The translations under genes and the position numbers were made by a program. Below, piece after piece: positions 57,247-64,000 of a DNA stretch of 64,000 bases. The stretch spans positions 3,162,001 to 3,226,000 of the forward strand of contig OZ218955.1 of the NCBI GenBank assembly GCA_965112735.1. Direction: 5' to 3'. Origin of the DNA: Phaeosaccion multiseriatum (taxonomy: Eukaryota > Protista > Ochrophyta, other classes). How positions within the stretch are numbered: the first letter of the stretch is position 1; every line of letters starts with the position of its first letter. Under the pieces are notes generated by a model. The model worked only from the letters and a program-made list of their open reading frames with translations, did not search any database and was not told the origin of the DNA.

Positions 57247-58809
57247 ATGGATCTGCCCACGGCGCTACAGCTGCCATCCTGTCGGGCTGTGGTACCGTCG
57301 GCGTTGTCCAGCCTATCGCCTCTTTTCTCTCCTCCCCCTCATGGGACCTACGTGGGACGGCCTCCATGCCATAGCGGGGAAGAGCCCCAGTCCTCCCCGG
57401 AGTCGACCGTCCATCAACGATCACTACCGGCCTCTGAGGGAGTGAACACGACGAAGGCATGGGAGCAAAGCAGGGAATTGGAAAGCGGTCAGCCAAACAG
57501 CGCAGCAACACCAGCAGCAGGAGCAGGAGTAGCAGCCGGAGGAGGAGCCGCAATTGGGGTTGACGCAGAAGGGGATGATACAGACGGCGATAGTACAGAG
57601 GTGCGGGATGCAGCTTTGGTGGCCCAGCGCTCTTCCGTCCAGAGCGGCTATCTCCTGAAGCTTGGGACCAATATTCGGGTGTGGAAGCGGCGATTCTTCG
57701 TACTGCGTCCCATCACAATGCTCTTTTACTACCTCCATGAAAAGGACACGGAGCCCCGAGGCTGTGTGGACGTCGACATGTTTCACTCCCTCAGGAGAGT
57801 AGGAGAAGGCAGCACTAGTAGTGGCAGCGGCGAAGGAGAAGGCAGGGGCGGGGGCGGTGGGGAGGAGAAGTCTGTGCGGTTCGAGTTGGCCTATCCAGGT
57901 AGGGTCGTGCCTGGGAGGTGGACACGAGATGGTGTGCGAAGGACGGCAGGGGAGGAGGGAAGGGAAAGAGGAGGCGGGCTTTCCTTTGTCGCCATTCGCT
58001 CCACACTCTTGTCTTTTTTCTCTTCGGGTGGTTTATGGAGACCGACCGATCGCTGGAGAAAAACATCCATCAATTCTTGAATCCCTGCTCTCCACCAATC
58101 CACCCCAACCCACCCCCCTCCACACCACCCCTTCTTAGGCTGCCCAGAGGGACACGGCTTTCTGCTCGAGGCCCGGAGTGAGGCCGAGTGGCAGGGCTGG
58201 GCAGAGGCCTTCAACCGCAGCAGGCACTCCAACCTCATCGAGGAGAACGACGAGCTCGGAAAGACCAACAGGTAGGTAGGGTGGTGGTACGAAGGGAAGG
58301 GTGGAGTACAGATTATGTATGTCTTGACTGATACGTAGCACAAACAGCAAACCTGCCATTCCAACCATATGCCTTGTTTCCCTTGCACCATGATACTCCG
58401 ACCACCACCTCCGCGCCCTACCACCCCCACACAAACAAACAAACAACAACAACAACAACATCAAAAAGACTCCTCGCGAAGGAGGTATCCCGTCTGCACG
58501 ACCAAGCAAGCACGCTGCGTGACTACGCCAATCAACGCCACAAGACGGCACTCTCTCTCCGCGACGAGCGCCAGCAGAGGAGGGAGCTGGTGGAGCAGCT
58601 GCTTCTTCTCGCACAGACTGCGGGGCTCGCTTTAGTAGAAGACGAAGGCGAGGGCCCAGACAGGGAGGAGGACTGTGACTGGAGGCGTGGTGATGGTGAT
58701 GGTGGTGGTGGTGGTAGTGGTGGTGATGCTGGTGGTGGTGGTGGAGGCAGCAGGGAGCACAGCAGGGAGGGCGGTGGGGGCAGCGATGCTTCTCCTTGGA
58801 GCAGTCGCC

Positions 58810-58844
<35 letters not shown>

Positions 58845-61435
58845 GTATCACTAACTGCTGGGGGTCGGAGTAACGAAGAGCAAGGCGAGAGCGATGGGGG
58901 TGCTGCTGCTGCCGGGGCTCTACCAGTGCCCGTAAGAGGGCGAGTGGCTTCACCGAGCTTTCGATCTGGAGGAGGAGGAGGAGGAGGAGGAGGAGGAGGA
59001 GGAGGCGGGGGGGGGGAAGATGCGTGGGAAGAGCCGCCACAGCAGCCGCAGCGACCGCAGCAGAGGATGCATCGGGTAGAGGATGTGGATAGGGCCCGCG
59101 CACACGGGGCGTTTCTCAGCTTGCGACATGTGGTAGACACGCTCCGGCAGCATGTGAGAGAGGGGAGAGGAAGGCTGGAGAAGGAGAGGATGGAGAGGAC
59201 GGACGCAGAGGGGCGGGAGAGGGAACTCCAAGACAAGATCGAGGTACGGTTAGGGAGAGAGGGAAGGACGATGGGGGGCAGGGAGGGAGGGAGTGTGGTA
59301 CATTCATACCCAACCACACTAACCACATGCACACTAACCCATCAACACCCACTCTCTCTCTGTGCTCTACTCTGTCTCTTCCCCCTCTCTCCTCCTCCTC
59401 CTCCTCTTCTTCTTCTTCTCCACTCTCCTCAGATACTTGCAGACCGTAACCGCCGCTTAGAGACCTCGACGCTGCAGCTCAGTGGCCGTAACGGCGTGCT
59501 CCAGTCAAGTGTGCACTTCCTCGAGGCCAACAATGGCCAACTTGCCGCCCAAGTGTCGAACCTCAGACAGCGCCTGGCCACGGAGAAGAGTAAGAAGAGG
59601 CTCCTCGTCAAGGAGCTCAGAGAGATTGGGCCGGGGGGATCACGGTCGTCGTCACCTGCTGTATCTGTATCACCAACTGCTGCACGTGCCGGTGCTGGTG
59701 GACGTGGTGCTGGTCGTGGCGGCGGCGGCGGAGGAGGAGGGGGAGGAAATGTTCAGCATCCTCGACTTACCTCGCTGAGGGGTTGCGGTGGCGGTCGGCG
59801 TCGACCCAGGCCTCTCCTTTCTTCGCGGTCCTCCTGCTCTCTCTCCGCCGTTGCTTCGTCAGCTGAGAAGGAGGAGAGCGACGATATCGATGACGACGTA
59901 GAAGGATTGTGTGCCCACAACACCACCCCTCCTGTGATGGGTATCAGCACCGCTCCTTGCACGCCGACGGCCGTCAACAGCAGCAGCAGCAGCAGCGACA
60001 GAGGCAGAGACAGAGACAGAGACAGAGGCGCTGAGGTGGGGTGGAGGAGCTCAAGCTCGGGCGTGCAACTACAACTCACGGGTAGTAGTTGCAGTGGTAA
60101 GGGGAATGGTAGTCATGGCAGTCCATTGGCCGGGAGAAGGAGGCAAAGCTGGAGCGTTCGAAGGTGGTCGGATGAGAGAGAGAGTGAGAGGGGGAGTGAC
60201 TGCGACGGTGACGGCGGCAGTGGCGAGGGAGGCTACTTCAGCTCCGCCTCCACCAACGACAACAATGGCACCGACGACGACGAAGACGATGACGGGGGGA
60301 GGGAGAGGGAGCGAGCCTACGATGATGATGGTGATGCTGATGTTGATGTTGATCAAGGCTGGGGTTCCTATGGATGGCAGTCAACGGCGGACGGTTACAG
60401 GGATGGTCGAGCGCCGTCGGGGGAGGCGGAGGATGGGGGTGGGGGCAAGGGAAGTGCAGCAGTTGGTGGTACTGCAAGAGTGGGTGAGCCGACAGCAGCA
60501 GGAGCAAAAGGAGATGCCGCGATAAATATCTTTTGGCCTCAGCTGTCGCCACGCAATAGCGAGGGGAAGGAGGTGGAGGTGGAGGAGGAGGAGGAGGAGG
60601 AGGAGGAGGAGGAGGAGGAGGAGGAGGAGGAGGAGGAGGAGGAGGAGGAGGAGGAGGAGGAGGAGGAGGAGGAGGAGGAGGAGGAGGAGATGGAAGAGGA
60701 CACGAGCAGCGAGAACGATAGGCGCAGCGGCGGTGGTGGTGGTGGTGGTGGTGAGGATGAGAGGGAGGGGGATGGGGACGGGGACCAGGACGAAGAGGAG
60801 GAAGGGGACGAGGACGAGGAAGAGGAGAAGGAGGGGGGTAATGGTGGTCGTGTGGGGGATGGTGCGAGTAGGGAAGTTGGTGGTACGCCCTACACGTACA
60901 ATGGTAGGGCCTTCCGAAAGCGGCTGAGAAGGGGAATTCGGCGAGAAGTGGGCAGGGACGGGGGGGTGGGAAGGGTAGGGCCCTCTCAGATGGTGGAGTG
61001 GTCTCGCTTACTGCTGGGGGAGGAGGGTGGTGATGGTGGCAGTGGTGACAATGGTGGCAGTGGGTATCTTTCCAGTAGCAGGGGGATCCTCCTCGACTCC
61101 GCCGCGGGTGGGAGGAGTCAGAGCGGACCCATCGGTGGAGGGGAGCGCAACAGCAGCAGCAGTAACACTAGCGGCGGCGGCGGTGGTGGTGGTGGTAGTA
61201 GTGGTAACATTCGTGGTGCTACTAGTAGTAGGAGTAGTGGTGGTGGTGGTGGCGGTGGCGGGGGTAGTCGCGGTTTGGCTGGAATAGGCACTCGCACTCT
61301 GGGCACCTCGATTGCTTCTATTGAAGGGCTCCTCAACACGATGGGTATCGGCGTTGGGCTGGGGCTGGGGCATGGGAGTGACCATGGCGGCTCCAGTAAC
61401 AAGGAGCAAGGGCAGCAAGTGCAGCAATTGGTTAT

Positions 61436-61472
<37 letters not shown>

Positions 61473-61942
61473 GAGGAGGAGGAGGAGGAGGCAGAGACGC
61501 GGAGAACCGATCGGAGCAGTGGTGGAGGCAGCAGCAGCGGTAGGAGCAGACATGCTCTTATCCCGCTGTGCGATATAGAAGGAGAGGACGACAACAACAC
61601 CGACGACGGTGACGACGCTGGGATCGGTACTACGGATGGTGATGGACAGCGGCAGGCACGAGAGAGAGAGGGGGGTGGTGGTGGTGAGTGTGGTGAAGCC
61701 AAGAGGGGTGCGTTGGAGCGGGAGGAAGCCCAGGAGGAACCTCAGGAGGGCCAGCAGTGGCAGGGGATGGCAGCAGATGGTCGCGGCCACCACCATCGGG
61801 GTGCTGGCGTTGAGGCTACCGAAGGAGATACCCATGGTGCTGCTGGGGGGATGGTTGTGGATGGCGCGGAGGGGAGGGGCCTGGGGGCGGGGCAACAAGC
61901 TTCAGCTTCAGCAGCGTCGAGACAGCGGCATCCGTTGGTGAT

Positions 61943-61976
<34 letters not shown>

Positions 61977-63135
61977 CAACATGTGCCTGGCAGGGGGGAG
62001 AGGTACGAGCTGGAGTTTACCTGCGACAAGATTGGGCTACAGTTCTCCATGTCCGAAGGTGAGGGAGGGAGGGAAAGAGAGAGTGGGAGAGAGTGAGTGT
62101 GTGTGTGTGAGAGAGAGAACGAGAAAGTGTGGCGCAGGCGAGGGAAAGTGCGGTATCGCTGGTGCCATACGGGTGGAGGCTGTTGGGGTTCGTGAACCTT
62201 CTTTGAAGCATGGCCTCTTGGTTTGCTTCTCCCTAGGCCGCTATCCATCCACCCACCCATCCATCCATCCATCCACTGCCATCCACCCATTGGCATCCAT
62301 CCATTGGCATTGCCAGCCATCCTCTGCCATCTACCCATCCACGCATCCCCTGCCATCCACCAATCGATCGCTGGATGTACGTATCCTTCGCTATGCTCGA
62401 GAGGCGTCTACACCACACCCCCCATGGTTTAGTGCCAAGCGCGGTGCCATGAAGCCTTCGGCCTTCAAGGTGGAATTCCTTCGCTCACTGGAAGTGCTCC
62501 CCCCCTCCACCCTCCACCCACCCAACCCGTCCCCCCCCCTTCCCTCCCCTCCCCTCCCCTCCCCTCCCCTCCCCTCCCCTCCCCTCCCCTCCCCTCCCCT
62601 CCCCTCCCCTTCCCTCCCCTCCCCTCCCCTCCCCTCCCCTCCCCTCCCCTCCCCTCCCCTCCCCTCCCCTCCTCTCCCCTCCCCTCCCCTCCCCTCCCTG
62701 ACACGAGCAGAGTCTCGTCTGTACGTCAAGGGCCGTCAGGGCTTCAGCGTGCCCTCTTCACCTCTACCGGCAATAGGCCACATCCTCCACTCGTACAATG
62801 GAATCCTAGTAGAAGGTGAGTCATCCCCTCCCTCCCTCCCTCTCTCCCTCCCTCCTCACCCACCCCCTCCCTCCCACTCTGCTCCTTCACATCTTGCCGC
62901 ACATCTTGCAGCCTGTGACCATTACCATCGTCAGTTTAACCCATCCCTGTCTGTCTGCCTCGTCCCCACCCCCTCCCTCTTTTGGTTTCTATTGGACTCA
63001 TTCTCTCTCTTGCGAGCAGGCAAGACATATGCGGAGGTAGCTGGGGCTCTAAAACGCCTCGGCCGGCCGATGAGACTGTGCTTCGAAGGCACGCGCAGAG
63101 GAGAAACACCCCCCCCTAATTCTTCTCTCTGGTAA
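57247..63135 (+). CDS. Large PH-domain, coiled-coil and low-complexity protein with C-terminal PDZ-like domain (multi-exon)
   Basis: PH domain SGYLLKLGTNIRVWKRRFFVL..LFYY..EPRGCVDV..|FLLEARSEAEWQGWAEAF, then coiled-coil segments. The C-terminus YELEF..KIGLQF..IGHILHSYNGILVE|GKTYAEVAGALKRLGRPMRLCF is PDZ-like. Confidence 0.78.
62530..62698. repeat. (CCCCT)n pentamer microsatellite at an intron 3' end
   Basis: Directly visible. Confidence 0.93.
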
Positions 63136-63223
63136 TAAATTCTAAATATACGAATACAACCCTACGTCTACGTCACTATAACTACACCCCACCCCCCCGG
63201 CTCCCCACACCCACCCACCCCCT

Positions 63224-64000
63224 CTACTCCTTCTTCAATCGAAGCGTTGGCTTAATCTTTCGCAGCAGTCGCCAACCCTTGCCCCCTCCCATCACGTCCA
63301 ACGCCTCCACTCTCTCCTTGGCCGTCCACACCCCTTCCACCACCCCCGGCACCACCACAGTAAAGAGCTTCTCCACCACCAACACCGCTACATCAAGGGC
63401 CTTGAGAGCGGCCGTCTGCGCCACCTTGCCTCCGCTCTCCACGTCCTCTACATCGTCGTCCGTGAGGTCGAACACACCTTGCTCCTGCCCGCCTATCCTC
63501 GCGGCTGAACCTGCCGCCGATGCTGCTGCTGCTCCTGCGGCTCCTCCTGCTCCCCCTCCCCCTGCTGCTCGTGATGAGCCGCTACTGTTACCGCCCATGC
63601 CACGTGTAACCGAATCATTGCTGTCGCCTACAATCACCTCCACCGAAAGGGCCTCACCGTCTCCTCCGTCGCTCTCGGTACCGCCACCGCCACCGACAGC
63701 AACAGTAGTACCCTCGTAGACGCGCCGTTGTGGGCCTTGCTCGTCGCCTTGCCCCTCGCCAGGGAACTGGGGGGGAGCCTCCGTTTCTGTCGCTTTGACC
63801 TCCGCCTCCGTGTACGTGTTGCTACGTCGTCGCCCGCCTGTGAAGGAGCCCTGCTCTGAGGCCGCCGCCGCGCTGCTGCCAGCTCCTCGTACCGCTGCTG
63901 ATCCCTGGAATACCTCCACCTCCTCCACCCTAGCTGCGGCTGTATCACCACCTGCTGCTGCCCTTCCCATGAGCTCCTCCTCCTCCTCCTCCTCCTCCTC
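63224..64000 (-). CDS. 3' terminal exon of an unknown protein (5' truncated)
   Basis: Open frame from the window edge to the stop at 63224. The non-repetitive tail ALKALDVAVLVVEKLFTVVVPGVVEGVWTAKERV..GWRLL is not assigned to a family. Confidence 0.65.
   Translation of the reverse strand, partial: EEEEEEEEELMGRAAAGGDTAAARVEEVEVFQGSAAVRGAGSSAAAASEQGSFTGGRRRSNTYTEAEVKATETEAPPQFPGEGQGDEQGPQRRVYEGTTVAVGGGGGTESDGGDGEALSVEVIVGDSNDSVTRGMGGNSSGSSRAAGGGGAGGAAGAAAASAAGSAARIGGQEQGVFDLTDDDVEDVESGGKVAQTAALKALDVAVLVVEKLFTVVVPGVVEGVWTAKERVEALDVMGGGKGWRLLRKIKPTLRLKKE

Noticed and set aside
58374-62096. Single-exon 1240-aa protein
   Set aside because: The ORF reads through stop-free introns (e.g. ~59244-59432). 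It is part of the multi-exon PH gene starting at 57247.

Overview
Gene-dense, GC-rich eukaryotic nuclear DNA with many spliceosomal (GT-AG) introns filled with microsatellites and minisatellites. A nucleus-encoded plastid uL10 with a signal peptide and a G-F cleavage motif, plus a cyanobacterial-type Deg protease, point to an alga with a complex red-derived plastid, probably an ochrophyte stramenopile (inference). About 18 protein-coding loci can be assembled by eye, in order: KIN17 (3' end), Deg/HtrA protease, a signal-peptide ORF, an intronless ankyrin-BTB protein, plastid uL10, CTP synthase, CSN3, an RNF126/115-like E3 ligase, POLA2, MRG15/EAF3, a TCAIM-like protein, an isochorismatase-domain protein, GPATCH11, PP2C, a delta-9 desaturase, PRIM2, a PH/coiled-coil/PDZ-like protein, and the 3' end of an unknown gene. 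Most ORFs in the supplied track are artefacts of repeats. No rRNA, tRNA, CRISPR array or autonomous transposon was seen. The most striking unexplained signal is a dispersed 16-bp motif, GCAGTTGGTGATACAG. It has 7 exact and more than 15 degenerate copies, usually within or beside CAG/CTG tracts. It occurs on both strands, in exons (several reading frames), introns and intergenic DNA, and it supplies one stop codon and the sequence next to one splice acceptor. A second pattern is that many intronic microsatellites are tandem copies of splice signals. Exon coordinates were read by eye and may be off by a few bases.
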